In this document: one piece after another, positions 26,262 through 40,092 of the stretch
Position numbering within the stretch: the stretch's first letter is position 1
How the letters are laid out: each line of letters begins with the position of its first letter
Assembly (NCBI RefSeq): GCF_019393635.1
Contig: NC_057861.1
Location: forward strand, 633,012,827-633,076,826
Origin: Dromiciops gliroides
Lineage: Eukaryota
Length of the DNA stretch: 64,000 nucleotides
Reading direction: 5' to 3'
Program-made: the position numbers and the translations under genes
Notes under the pieces: model-generated
Databases searched by the model: none
What the model saw: only the letters and a program-made list of their open reading frames with translations
Told to the model about the DNA's origin: nothing

Positions 26262-26394
26262 GGGGCAGCTAGGTGGCGCAGTGGATAAAGCACTGGCCCT
26301 GGAGTCAGGAGTACCTCAGACACTTAACACTTACTAGCTGTGTGACCCTGGGCAAGTCACTTAACCCCAATTGCCTCACTAAAAAAAAAAAAAG
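26262..26394 (+). mobile_element. Marsupial tRNA-SINE copy with an internal ~20-bp deletion
   Basis: SINE consensus lacking the GACCTGAGTTCAAATC box. Confidence 0.85.
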
Positions 26395-27539
26395 GATGTC
26401 TGATACAGGATCCCTTTCTGGAAAATCTCCTTTTTTCTTTCTAGAAGGTCTGATTTCCAATACTTGAATTTGGGAATACACTGGCAACTTCCAAGACTGG
26501 TAATACTAGAGAAATCTCCCTTATCGCCTAGAAAACTAGATGAAAGGATCATGCTGTCTAAAAAGTTGGGGTTCAGGAACATTGTCCCTGCACTTCCCTC
26601 TTGAAACATATAGGCAAGCTTATGATTCTTTCTGCAAGAATTCTTGATACTCTACTATGACCCCAGATGCTTCTGTGTCTTGGGCTGGGAAAGTCCACTA
26701 TGAGGAACTCTTCCCTCTGACCAAATGAACAACAAAGCTGCAGGTGAGCACATTGAACTTCTATGTTCCCAGTACTTTTGCATTATGTTTCTCTTCTCTG
26801 TAGAGACTCTGAAGTCCAGGAATCTTTGACAGAGACAAAACAGAATTTGTGAAACACATCAGAATTGAGGCTGCCACAGATGTCAGGGGAAACTGTTCTT
26901 CACTGGATATGTATGTTCTGGAACAGAAAAACAAATGATTGGATGAGGAAGAAGGGAAAGCACTATACATACACTGTAGTGTTTACTTCCTATCTTCCTT
27001 CCATTGATCTTACCATTGTAGGCTTCCACAAGTGAGAGGGAAGCAGGCAAGTACATGGGGACCCTAACTAGCACTAGCCAGCAGGCACAGTGCCAAGAAA
27101 CTAAACTGACTGGAGGCTAGCACATCTGAAACAGCTCCTGATGGGGGCAGAGACAACAGCTGAGAGCCATGCAGAGAGAAAAGATTCAGAGGAGCAGAAA
27201 CTATCAGCTATTTTGAATCCCACTGGACTGGTGAAATAGGAAACTGATTTCACTCATTGTCTTCACTGATTTCCCCTATCTCTAATCTGTGATCCCTGAG
27301 ATAGGAATCATACTGCTCTTTCCCTTGTACTTTTCCCATGAGCCGTAGGCAGTGTGCTCAGGATTTCTGTGAGCCACATCCAAAGATCTGGAATGACAGC
27401 TGGGAAAAATTTTGGGAATTGTCAGGAAAAGGATGCTACCATTCAGGAGTATGTAATACTCTATTATGAATAAGAAACCATAAGATCACAACATGTTGCC
27501 TCTAAATCTATGGATGCAGTATGCAATAAATTGAGGGGT

Positions 27540-27760
27540 GGGAACCCAGATGGCTTAGTGGATAGAGTACTAAGCTTGGAGTCAGGAAGACCCAAGTTCA
27601 AATCCAGCCTTATATACTTATAAGCTGTGTAACCCTGGGCAAGTCATTTTCCTGTTTGCCTTCATTTCCTCAAATGTAAAATGAGCTGGAGAAGGAAATG
27701 GTAAACCATGTCAATATCTTTGCCAAGAAAACCCTAAATGGGGACATGATACAATAACAA
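27540..27760 (+). mobile_element. MAR1-type long SINE
   Basis: ...GGAAATGGTAAACCATGTCAATATCTTTGCCAAGAAAACCCTAAATGGGGACATG tail. Confidence 0.75.
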
Positions 27761-28291
27761 AAGCCTACTTGGGGGTTATGAGCTAGATATAGATGACAGA
27801 TTTATATTTTAATATTTGGAGCAATTTTCCATTTCATTCCCTAGATTAATATTGGATTCGCCAATGAGGAGTTAATCCAAAATGCTGAACAAAAATCAGA
27901 ATCCTGCTGTAGCAAGAACTTTTTTGGGCTGGGGAGGGGAGAGGGGTGGAAAGGATTGAGCAGCCCAGGCATTTGAAGGCTGCAATCCATCTAGTGGCCA
28001 GTGAGGGTACTGCAGCCTCTTTGTCTGGTGATCCTAACCAAGTGCCAGAGAGAAACTGAGAAGGCTGGATTGGTACACTCAAGTTGAGTGTCACCTGCAG
28101 ATAATTTAACTGTTATACTCTCTTGCTATATACTTAGCATAGTGAGACACTGCCTTTCTGTAGCCTTTCTGTAGCCACACAATCCAAGGATCCTTATGGG
28201 TTGTTGTGAGTGAGGATCAGATGGAATAATAAATGTAAAGTGCTTTGCTAACCTTAAAGCAGTATGTAAAGATAGGTTTGGTTTTTTGGGG

Positions 28292-28430
28292 TTTTTTTTG
28301 CAGGGTAATGTGGGTTAAGTGACTTGTCCAGGGTCACACAGCTAGTGTCAAGTGTCTGAGGCTGGATTTGAACTCAGGTCCTCCTGAATCCTGGACTGGT
28401 GCTTTATCCACTGCACTACCTAGCTGCCCC
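28292..28430 (-). mobile_element. Marsupial tRNA-SINE, minus orientation
   Basis: Reverse-complement consensus after a T-rich tract. Confidence 0.9.
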
Positions 28431-30792
28431 AAGATAGTTATTTTTAAATTGGGCACTTTCACCAGTTATGTCCCCCATCCCCAACTTCCATTGTGGTGTA
28501 GTAGGGGGAAAAATACTGAGCTTAAAGTGCCAACACTTACTACATCTTACCTCCTGGGTGATCTTGGGCAACTTAGCCTCTCTGGGCCTCATTTTCTACA
28601 TCTGTAAAATGAGGAGGTGGTTCTCAAAATGTGGTCAGGAGACCTTTGGTAGCCCCCTGAAATTCTTTCGAGGGGTCCTTGAGTCAAAATCATGTTCATA
28701 ATAATAGTAAAATGTTTTCATTTCTAATATGGTAAATATTAATAGAAATAACCATATAAACAAAAGCTCTTTGGGGTCCTCAGTAACTTTTTAAATTTAA
28801 TATGTTCCCCAATTACATGTAAAAACAATTTTAACATTCTTTTAAAAAAATTTTGAGTTTCAAATTCTCTCCTTCCTTTTCTCTTCTCCCCCCTCATTGA
28901 GAAGGCAAGGGATTGCATATAGGTTACATGTGTGCAGTCATGCAAAACATGTTTCCATGTTAGTCAAATTGTGAAAGAAAACATACAAAAACCCCCAAGA
29001 AAAATAAAGGAAAAAGTATGCTTCAATTTGCATTCAGATTCCAGCAGTTCTTTATTTAGAGATAGATAACTATTGCTGAAAATAGCTAAGTCATTCATAG
29101 TTGATCATCATACAATATTGCTGTTACTTTATTCCTGGTTCTGCTCATTTCACTTTGTATCAGTTCATGTAAGTCTTTCCAGGTTTTTCTGAGAGCACGT
29201 CATTTCTTAGAACACAATATGATTCCATTATAATATACCATGACTTGTTCAGCCAACCTCAAATTGATGGGCATCCCCTCAATTTGTAATTCCTTTCCAG
29301 GTCCTCAATAATTTTTAAGAGTGTAAAGGGATCTTGAGATAAAAAAGTTTGAGGACCACTGAACTATATAATCTTTAAGGACCTTTCTAGCTTTAAACCT
29401 TATGAATCCTGACTACCATTTAGTCAGTCAACAAGCATTTATTAGCTGTATGACCAGGGGCAAGCCACTCTCTCAGTCTCAAGTTTCCTCCTCTGTAAAA
29501 TGCAAGTCATATTTACACAGCATACCTCACAGGATTTTGAGGAAATAGTTTTGTAAGTTTTAAAACTGCCATATGAATTAAGTTTATTAAATTTCTAATA
29601 ATGAAGAAAGTGTGGTTTAATGGGGAAAAAAAACCAAAAAACACTGACTGGGAATTCAAAAGAAGTGAGGTCCAGTTGTGACTCTGCCCCTAGCTTGCTT
29701 TGTGACCTTGGCACTGAGCTTGAAGAGAGAAACCCTTTACTTTCATGTTTGGTTCAACTATTTAGTGACTGTGCCATAATAGGAAGGAGGAATTTCTGGC
29801 TAGCCAGTACAGGGCTGCTGCAGGTGACACTAAACTCTGTGGAGGGGTGGTTCCTGACCAATTTGAGCTTAGAAACATCAATCTACTGCCCTATGAGCAA
29901 CGATGATGACAGCCATCAAGGTGCTCCCATCCACTGCTGATTACTTCCCAGGACCTAAGTCTTCTGCTCCCTTGATGTTATTCTTCGATGTGGAGAAGCA
30001 GTCATGCTCTCCTTATGGCATGAATTCAGAAGGTCCCTGGATTGGGCTGGGGGGGGGGGGGCAGGGATTTAATCGGTTCTTTGAGAATGAAGGACAAACA
30101 ACAATTGGTGAGTGGGGCCCCAACTGGCCAGTTTGTTAGATAATGCTGCTGCTGCTCCTTCCTTCCTTCCTTCCTTCCTCCCCTCCCTCCTCTCCCTCCC
30201 TCTGTTCACACAGGGAACCATACCCTTACCTGTAGGTACTCTGCCTAAAGGAATATAAATTTTGGTCCATGAAAACTCACAAGATATCTTGGGGTTTACA
30301 GACTAGATTCCTTTTTTAATGTCCATGCCTTAAACCCAAATCACTCTGGTTCTCATTGACTGGCCAACAATAGGTCCCAGCCCAATCCTCACTTGGTCTG
30401 GGTTCTGATGGCTCAGATAGAAATTGTTTCAGTTCTAGCCAGAAGCCCTAAGGATCTTCCCCTCCAGATTGATTTTTATTTATTTATTTATTTTTACTAG
30501 GTAAAAGAGCCTATTCTTTGCCTCATGTCTTACCTACCCTTAATCACTGAATGGGTGCTGCCTCGGACAAACCGAGAGCTGGGAAAAACCTTAGCTTAAA
30601 AAGGCCAAGGCCTCCTACTGCATCCTGGGCCACGTCCAGGGGTCCTGATTTATATCTTGCTACTGGACCCAGATGGCTCTGGAGGAGAGAGTGAGGCTGG
30701 TGACTGTGCACAGCCCTGTCTCACTTAAATCCAATTCACTTGAAAGTCAAGTCAACATCTTCCTGGTGTGATTGGTCTTCTTCAAGAATGAA

Positions 30793-30945
30793 GGATAGGG
30801 GCAGCTAGGTGGCGCAGTGGATAAAGCACTGACCCTAGATTCAGGAGGACCTGAGTTCAAATCCGACCTCAGACATTTGGCACTTACTAGCTGTGTGACC
30901 CTGGGCAAGTCACTTAACCCTCATTGCCCTGAAAACAACAACAAC

Positions 30946-30975
<30 letters not shown>
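30793..30975 (+). mobile_element. Marsupial tRNA-SINE nested inside the 30640-31010 repeat; TSD aagaatgaaggata
   Basis: AAGAATGAAGGATA occurs at 30783-30796 and again at 30976-30989, on either side of the SINE plus its (CAA)n/A tail. Confidence 0.9.
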
Positions 30976-30976
<1 letters not shown>

Positions 30977-31604
30977 GAATGAAGGATAAACAACAACAAC
31001 AGTCCCAAGCACTGGGCTTTGGGTTTAAGGCATGGACATAGGCTTGTCTCTTTACCTGTGTACTATAATGCATGTCATGGGTAGCTCACCTATTCACTGA
31101 TGCACAATGATCTAAAACCACAACTTTACCCAGAATTAGACAGAAATAGAAGGAGCAGTGGATAGCACTGGGTCTGGAGTCAGGAAGACCTAAGCTTAAA
31201 TCCACCCATAGTTACTTACTAGGTATGTATGTAACAAGTCAGTTAACCTCTGCCTGCCTCAGTTTCTTTATCTGTAAAATGGGGGGTGATAACAATAACA
31301 CTTACCTCTCAGGGTTGTTGTGAAGATAAAAGGAGATATTTGTAAAACGCTTTGCAAATCTTAAAATCGATATAAATCCTAGATAACATCATCTTCATTG
31401 TTGTTGTCGTTTACTAAGTGATTATTACGAGCCAAGTACTGTACTAAGTGTTGGACAAATAAAGAAAATCGAAAACACAGTGTCTGCTCTGGAAAAGCTC
31501 TCAGCCTAATGGGGGACAGCATGCAAACAACTAGGTACAAAGAAGATATAGACAAGATAAATTGAAGATAATTAAGAGAGAAGGCACTAGCATTAAAAGA
31601 GGAT

Positions 31605-31750
31605 GGGGGTGGCAGCTAGGTGGTGCTGTGGATAAAGCATCTTCACTGGATTCAGGAGGACCTGAGTTCAAACCCAGCCTCTGACACCTGACACTTACTA
31701 GCTGTGTGACCCTGGGCAAGTCACTTAACCCTCATTGCCCCGAAAAAAAA
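31605..31750 (+). mobile_element. Marsupial tRNA-SINE copy
   Basis: SINE consensus. Confidence 0.9.
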
Positions 31751-32399
31751 CTATTTTATAATTATAAAAGAGCATGGCGGAAAGGCTTCTTGCAGAAGGA
31801 AGCCAAGAGGTGGAGACAATGGAGAGAATCCCAGACATGGCGGACCGACAGCCAATTAAAATGCATGGAGTCAGGAGATGGAGTGTCTAATGGGAGGAAC
31901 AGAAATGAGGCCAGCGTCACTTGATTTTTGAGTATGCAGAGGAAGGGGGAGAGAGTAAAGTTTAATAAGACTGAAACAGTAGGGGGAGGCTGGTTATGAG
32001 GGGCTTTGAAATGCTAAAGAGTATCTTATATTTGATCCTGGAGGTGACAGAAGACCACCGGAGCTGACTGAAAAGGCGGTAGAGAAGGTGACATGGCCAG
32101 ACTTGTACTTTAGGAAGATCGCTTTGACAGCTGCGTGGAGGATGGACTGGAGTAAGGAGAGACTTGAGGCAGGGAGAACAACCAGCAAGGATGTTGCAAA
32201 AGTCCAGGCGTGAGATGCTCAGGGTCTGCTGGGGGGGTGGGGGGTGGTGGTTACAGGGTCGAAAGAGAGAAAGAGCTGGACACGAGAGGTGTTAAGTTGC
32301 AAAGACAGAAACCACAGGACTTGACAAGGAGTCGAGGAAGACTGGGAAGATAGACGTTATGCTTTCGATATTAATGGGAACGTTAGGAAGAGGGGAGGG

Positions 32400-33500
32400 G
32401 TGGGCGTGGGAGGTTTGCTGAAATTGAGAAGTCCGCGGGACACCCAGTTTCAGAGGTCTAGAAGGCAGCTGGAGGTCGGGACTGGATAAACAGATCTGGG
32501 AGTCGTTTACACGGAAATGACCCCTGAGCGAGGGGAGGGCAAGCACAGAACACAACCTGGGGGCCGTAGCTGGCCCAGCTGCCGGAAGAGCAAGCGTCAG
32601 GGGCGGACAGCCAGGACAGTCGCGACGGTCCGGCCTTCACCGGGCCCAGCAGCCCACCCCCCAGGCACTTGCCCGGAGACTAGACTCGAGGAGCGATAGG
32701 ACGAACTCCTCCCCCAACGCCAAAAACTGGGCCAAGCCAAATGAATTTCTGCCCAGAGGCTGCTGGGGGCGACCCCACCCCTTCCGGTGCCTCAACCAGT
32801 ACGACGCTCACTATTGGTGAAAAGGACCGGAGGAGGCGGAGCCGCCGGGGAATTCGAACGCAGGGAGGGATCAGCTCTGTGGAAAAGGAGTTGGGTTGGG
32901 TGGGGGGGGGCGGAGTGGTGATAACGGCGGAGCGGAAGCCTGAGAGATGGCGGTAGCGGCTGCTGCTACAGGTAGGGGCACTCGGGGCAGCTGCGGTCCG
33001 GGGAAGGCCCTCGCTGCCTCAGCAGAGGTTTGCCTCTCGAGAGTTCCCGGGCTGGCGGATGGACTGAGGGATGGGGAGAGGAGAGGTGGGGTCGATCCCG
33101 CGGTGCAGGCGCAGGCGCAGGGAGAGGCGCGGTGTACGTTCCTTCCGCCGTCCCCGGATCTTTTCCTTTCCCTCTTTCGTCTCGGGTGGGGAGGAAGAAG
33201 GGTGAAGACTGGAAGATGTTTGGTTGGGGTCGAGGCACAGAGAAGAAAGGGCAGGGGGAAGGAGAAGTGGGGAATGGGTTGTTGATGCCTCTCCTCGGGG
33301 TCTGAGACCTGAAGGAGGACCCCTCCGTTCCCCCCACCCCCCAAAGAAAAGCGGCCTTAAGAAGTTGGGAATCAGTTTAGAGCAGAGACTAAAAGGAGAA
33401 CTGATGTGGGAGAGACGGGGGCGGGGGGCGCGGGGCGGAGGTAGTGGAGCAAGACGGGACGCTGTGACCAACCAGGAACCTGTCAGTCAGGAAGCACTGT
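32400..33500. promoter_or_regulatory. KIF22: CpG island / GC-rich promoter region surrounding KIF22 exon 1
   Basis: Abrupt shift to high GC and dense CpG (cgcggg, gcgcag, ccgccgg); lies immediately 5' of and across the KIF22 initiator exon. Confidence 0.65.
32947..32971 (+). CDS. KIF22: KIF22 coding exon 1 (MAVAAAATG), donor CAG|GTAGGG, phase 1
   Basis: ATG preceded by an in-frame TGA inside the CpG island; splicing to 46006 yields [38 protein letters not shown], collinear with the remembered human [40 protein letters not shown]. Confidence 0.55.
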
Positions 33501-34058
33501 TAAGCACCGTGCCAAGTGCCAGGAATACAAAGAAAGGCAACTCTTAAAGAGCTCACTGTCTAATAGGGATGACCACATGAAAACAACTATGTACAAACAA
33601 GATATATTCAGGCTAAATTGAAGATGAACAGTACAGGGAAGGCTACTAGCAATAACTGAATGAAAACTAGTGATGATCAGGTAATTTATATTACCTTTAT
33701 GCACAAAACAAAATAGCCCATTTATCGGGGTTTTAAATTTTCATAGATGTAACATTTTAGAGGATTACTCTTAGCATCACATCGTGATAGAATAAACTGA
33801 AGGGGATTTAGAAACCATCTAAAGCAGTCCCATTCATTTTAGAGATGAGGATCTGAGGCTCAGAGAGGTTTAAGTGACTTGTCAAACACAGATAGTGACA
33901 TCTGGGATTCTTTGTTCCTGGCAGAGAAATTAACTAAGATCTGCATATTTTTTCCTTTAGAAAATTAGGGATTTATCCTTCTACAAAGAAAGTGAAACAA
34001 CATTGGCTCAAAGAAGAAAACAATAGAAAGTAGTGTCAGAAATAAAAAATAATGGGCT

Positions 34059-34215
34059 GGGGGCAGCTAGGTGGCGCAGTGGATAGAGCACCGGCCCTGG
34101 AGTCAGGAGTACCTGAGTTCAAATCCGACCTCAGACACTTAACACTTAGTAGCTGTGTGACCCTGGGCAAGTCACTTAACCCCAATTGCCTCACTAAAAA
34201 AATAAAAAATTTTAA
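34059..34215 (+). mobile_element. Marsupial tRNA-SINE in KIF22 intron 1; TSD aaaaaataatgggct
   Basis: SINE consensus plus 15-bp flanking direct repeat. Confidence 0.9.
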
Positions 34216-34634
34216 AAAATAATGGGCTTTCCCTTTTGGTGAATATATGAAGGCTTTATTACATTCTTGCAAGAATGGGCACACATTATAGAAGGGTGGT
34301 GAGTTTTGCCACAGCAAACTACTCTTTTCCCTAATCTTATTGCAAAGGTCCCTCCTCTCTTCGCTTCATTGGTTGAGGACTAAGAGGTGTATGCTTCAAC
34401 ATATTTCCACTTAACATATGCCTCCTCCCATTAGCAGTCTTCACCTTTGGGGTGTTGGCAGTTAATATGCATAAACTAATTAAGCAAGTGCAGTACAAAC
34501 TAGCATTAACCTTTGGCACACTTGGACTAGCTAACTACTGGCTTTGAAATTCTTTTCTATATCTACTTTTAGGCACCTGCAAGACTGTCTTTTAGCCTTG
34601 AGGTCCCCTTTCTGCAATCCTTTCTTGTTGTTGT

Positions 34635-34797
34635 ATTTTTTTTTTGTTTTGTTTTGTTTTTGTGGGGCAATGGGGGTTAAGTGACTTGCCCAGGGTCACA
34701 CAGCCAGTAAGTTTCAAGTGTCTAAGGTCAGATTTGAACTCAGGAACTCCTGAATCCAGGGCCAGTGCTTTATCCACTGTGCCACCTAGCTGCCCTC
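34635..34797 (-). mobile_element. Marsupial tRNA-SINE, minus orientation, in KIF22 intron 1; TSD ctRcaatcctttctt
   Basis: Reverse-complement consensus with flanking repeats. Confidence 0.9.
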
Positions 34798-37700
34798 TAC
34801 AATCCTTTCTTACCCAGACTCCCTCCCTCCCTCCCTGTCTCATTTTCTGAGATAACGGCATTTTTCTGGTGGGAGATTCTATTTCTATATACCTGTATAC
34901 CTATATATTTCTCTTCTATATACCTATCCAATTTCTCTCAATCCTTCTTTTATTTGTTAATAATGCTGCTTTTCTCACTAATTTCTATAGTACCTTCCAA
35001 TTTCTGTAGCATTTCATGACATAGTTCCTTTGTCTACATGATGTCATATTTTTCTTCTTTGTTGTTGGATTTTCTTAGTACCATAATCTGGACTCCTCTC
35101 AAGTCCCTAATATTTGCTTTTGGTACAGTAGTCACTTGCATTCCTTCTACTGCCCTAGTAATTAAATTCATAAAACATGGGATTAGACATGAAATTAATA
35201 TCAATTCAGAAATGGCACAGAATAGAGTACAAAGAAAACAATTTGTTTCCACCAACTCCTCAGTGAGCCATGATAGTCACCCATTATTCCAAATGGAGTT
35301 CTACTTCTGTATTGGCACATGCACCATTTTTCTCATATTAGTGGCTATTTTCTCACTACACCATTATCAACAGTTTTAGACAACAAGTGCTTAAATTCAG
35401 TTTCCCACACATAGTCTAGGACCAACCTATGCTATAACATACCTTTGTAACGATTGGAATGACGCCACCTGCTGGATACTTACTGTAGAAGAGTTCTGCC
35501 CATGAAGCGAAGGTCTTTGAGGGCAAGACCAGGAGTCTTTTCTTTGGCGGGGAGGAAGTGACGCAGACTAGTGGGAGGAGGAAGGAAGAGACTGGCGCTC
35601 GGTCTGGCTCTCTTTCCTCTGGACTCTGGCGGAGAAGGGAGCTAGAAATGCGCTCTCCCTTTAATAGATAGGAATCTAGACCTTTCTCTCTCTCTTTACC
35701 AAATTCTTATTCTCCTTAATAAATGCTTAAAAGTCTAACTCTTGCTAAAGCTTATAATTTATTGGCGACCACTCATTAAATATTTTAGACAGACTAGCTA
35801 GAATTTTAGCCCTTAACACCTTCCTTCATCTGAGTGACTTAATCTGCTAATAGTTCCAAAGCCATGGCAGTCTGATTGGTTACTATCTGTAACATGGTTT
35901 ACAGTCTCATGAACCTATTCAGAATATGGGTTGAGATTCAATAACCCCAACTCCCATCTTGTGCCCAGGTAGCTGGCCCATAAACCTGAATTATCTCTGT
36001 GGGGGCCATTCATCTCCCCATCCATTAGCATTCCCTATGATAAGTCCTGTATCTGTACTCCTTTTCTATCTTCCTAGCTCTTCATACAACTGAATACCTA
36101 ATCCTGTCCCATGGGTATCTTTCAGGAGGAAAAATTGGGGCCGAATTAACCCAATATAGCATATACCTGTCCAGTTCTCTGGGAGCAGTTTGACCACAAA
36201 TCCAAAAGTGTCCTTTCAAGACTGGTTTTGTGCCTTGGAAAATTCTATCATTATTGTGTTTATGGTAATAACTCCCAGATATAACACAAGGAACAAATGT
36301 CAATAATTACCAAGCATGGTTAACAGCATTAGCTAATATCAAGTCTCTTTGTAATTTCAGTAATGCACTCCCATTGCCCATTCAATTAGCAATTTCATCT
36401 TGGATCTCAGATGTCCTGTATAGTTGTCTGGTCTCTGGAACTCCTTTTCTTGGGACAGTCTGGAAGATGTCTAGTCTCCAGGGCAAATCTTCAGTAGATT
36501 TACTTCTCTGGTTTCAAAATACTTGTAGAGACTCCTCAGCTGTTCCTGTTAAAATCTCTTGAAAAACAGATCTCAGTACAAATTGGTATAGTCTCTCAAA
36601 TTCTACTTCTCCAATAACTAGTCCATGTGGTAAAAACTACCTCAAATCTTATGGTTCCGATCTTATTAACAATATCAAGGTCCCATAGTTTACCTGAACC
36701 TTAAAGAATTTATAACATGAGTGCCCCATGCTGTTTACAGCTTTATCTAACTCTGTATCTAACAAACATTATTAATAACAGGCCAAAGAGTTACCACTAA
36801 CTTGATACATACAAGCCATATAACCTAAATGTTTCAAAATACCACAGAAGGCAGAACTCTTAAATCTTTCCAAATTACATACATATTCACTTGTAGTAAA
36901 GGATTTAGGATGACACCCAGGTAATTAATTTCAAAACAATGCATGTCAAATAAGTTGTCCATAATAAACCATGTTTGTACCACCAAACATGCTCTATAGA
37001 CAGGTGTTATTTCCATATTATGTTATAAACTCAAATGGAATTGACCTTTCCTTAAGTGTAACAAAACATTCTATAAGTCATCCCCTCTAAGAAAATTGGT
37101 TGCATTAAAATTCTCTTACTCAAATACTCTAGCTATTTAGAATATTAAAAAGGACTAGAATTTCTAGGTTAAATAATTTGAATCTCATATCTACATCTCA
37201 CTTACATATTACAGTATTAACCTAAGGGATGAAGAGCCAATATTGTGTTCGTGCTGATCAAATGACATGATTATAGGGATTTGCCATGAAAGAAGGGGGA
37301 CCAAGCTCTCAGGGAGCTTCATGTGCAGAAGTTCTACAGACAGCCAAGTGTATTTAGTCAGGCTCAAAGTCAGCTAGGTGGGATGTGCTTCATATTGGGG
37401 AAATTAAGTCGGGAGAATCCTACTTCAGCCCTTGCCAAAGTCATTCTCCCAGCCTTTCCCATGACAATTCCACCACCTGTGATTCATGCATGTAAAACCT
37501 CTCAGGGTTGTGGCACCATAACTCAGCGGCTCAGGAATATTGCTCGATGATCATACCTGGAGTCAAACTCAGAAGTGTAACAGTTAATGGTCCCATAATA
37601 TCTCAAATAGCAAACTCCAACAATTATTACTTCAAATGAATTCACTTCTCAAGGATCATATATCCTAGGTAGCAGGCATTAACCATACTTGTACTTATGT

Positions 37701-39747
37701 TAAATAGATGCTTTTCATCCTTAAGTTAACATTACACAAATGGATTTGCTCTGAGATGCTTAATAACAAACAAGAGTTGAAGTAAGTGTAAATAATCGTA
37801 TACAGAGAACAGACTAGAAAATGTTTCACATAATAGCAGCTATCAGCCATTTAGGCATAAACATAGGATACTGCCCTCAGAATTCCTTTAAACAATGGGA
37901 AAATCTTTGAGATGACTCAGCTAGTCTGCATGTGTTTCTACACACACTAATTCCAAATAAAGTAACAATCAGAGGTAAACTCATATTTCTCATTAAGGTG
38001 ATATAAGACAGTTCTTAAATTACTATTGTCTACTAACATCTTATATAAATGACAGGTTTGGGCACTAATTTAACTATTAATACCAATAATTCAGATCAAA
38101 ACAGCAAGATCTTTCACAGCTTATTACAGTAATTTAGATGCTTTAGTATTTTAATAACCAGTTAATTCAATATTGCAATAACAACCTTCCACTTTGTCTA
38201 CCCTGATGATAGAAATATATACCCCAAACCTAAGAATGAAACAGAATATTCAGGTTCCCAGAAAAAGCTTGTCCCTCAATTAATAAAGCCTCAGAAATCA
38301 CAGTAGTTTGGACATAACTGTTATCAATATCAAATTGTCATTGCAACAAATAAGCTTACAAATAAGATAGCAGACCTTTGAACATCACACAAATGTTAAT
38401 TGAACATGTACATAATATATCCTGAAAATACCTGTCTTTTGAGAAACAGCTTAAAATTTATCCAGAAAATAAAAAAGAATATTCACCAAACCTTAATGAG
38501 ATTACTTTAAAAATAACAAATATTTCTGTTATTCAATCCTTAAAGCAAAAAAAAAATCTTTAAAATTGGAATTTGTCAAGATTAAGTTGGTGGAAAGTTA
38601 ACTCCACCCTTCTCTCATCCAAATGTCTTTGCCGTGGGGAGGAATTTCAGTTTCTTCTAAACCAAAAAGGAAATACCCAATTAACTTAGCCTTATTAGAA
38701 TAAGAGATTTTATCAGGCCTTTTAAAATGCTCTCATTTTTTTATGTTTCAAATTAGAGTACTCCAAAATATTATAACACAAAGTCAGATAGGCTGATAAA
38801 ATAACCTAACAATTTTCAGCCAGATCAGGTCTTTATCCCTAGTTTTGTTTACCCATCTTTCAATATAAGGAGCCAGTTTCCAAGTCCCATCCCCCTTGGA
38901 ATACCAAGTTGCATCTCACAAAAATCACATAAGACTTCACATAGCTATTTCTCTTGAATTTTTGTTGTTATATCATTGCACTGTGCTCATATTTTCTACT
39001 GACTGCTTGCTCTGATTATAGAAATCTGCTTAAGTGAGACCAAGATCATCCTCTCAGCCTTTTCCCAGATAACTCTATCTGTAACAGCACCTTCCCTTCA
39101 CGTTACTTGTGGCATTCTCTGAAGGAGTAGATTACTGACTTAATGATCCACCAGACAACTATACCAGAATTCAAAACTCAAAACAATATCAAATTACAAT
39201 CCCAAAATATTTTATCACGTTTAAACGTATCCTGGGGAAAGATTGATCATTAAAGATTACTTCCTTATAATAAGCAAACATAAATTCTCAGTAAGACATT
39301 TTATTGTTTAGGAATTTTACAACCCATAGCAAGCTCTTTTCTGGCAAGTTTACACATTAAGTAAGAGGAGTCTTTTTCTGTGTCTTTTCCCATACAATAA
39401 TTTATCAGCTTTCCTCTTCATCTCCAAAATTCTTCCAGCACTTTCCTCTTTGTATCAGAGAAGAAACAAAGCAACTAAAATAGTCGATAACAAATTAACA
39501 TGCACAATTTAAAAGTTACTTTTAAAATACCAGTACTTGACTTTAGTTTGCAAGACTCCACAAATATCCAATTAGATCTTCCAATCAAACTCAATTACTC
39601 TTTTTTTTTTTTACTCATATAGACCTTTTCTCACTTTGTGAGCCAAGAAAGGATTAAGTCGTTCTGTTCAAAAGTAGAAACTTTTTTTTTTCCACCTAGA
39701 GATTTTGCACTGGCTTGGTTCCCAAACCTGCCTCCAGATAACTGTAA

Positions 39748-39895
39748 ACTGATTTTTTTTTTTTTTTTGCTGGGCTAAGTGACTTGCCCAGGGTCACACA
39801 GCTAGTAAGTGGCAAGTGTTTGAGGCTGGGTTTGAACTCAGATCCTCCTGACTCCAGGGCCGGTGTTCTATCCACTACACCACCTAGCTGCCCTT
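39748..39895 (-). mobile_element. Marsupial tRNA-SINE, minus orientation
   Basis: T16 then GCTGGGCTAAGTGACTTGCCCAGGGTCACACAGC... Confidence 0.9.
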
Positions 39896-39956
39896 GCAAA
39901 TCAATTTTTAAAGTGACAGTAAGCTCATCACATTTTTTTCCTCAAAATCTCCAAAT

Positions 39957-40092
39957 TGGGGGCAGCTAGGTGGTACAATGGATAAAGCACCAGCCCTGGA
40001 TTCAGGAGGACCTGAGTCCAGCCTCTGACACTTGACACTTACTAGCTGTGTGACCCTGGGCAAGTCACTTAACCCCAATTGCCTCACCAAAA
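39957..40092 (+). mobile_element. Marsupial tRNA-SINE, plus orientation, forming an inverted pair with 39748-39895; TSD aaaatctccaaa
   Basis: SINE consensus; flanking repeat at 39945-39956 and 40094-40105. Confidence 0.9.
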
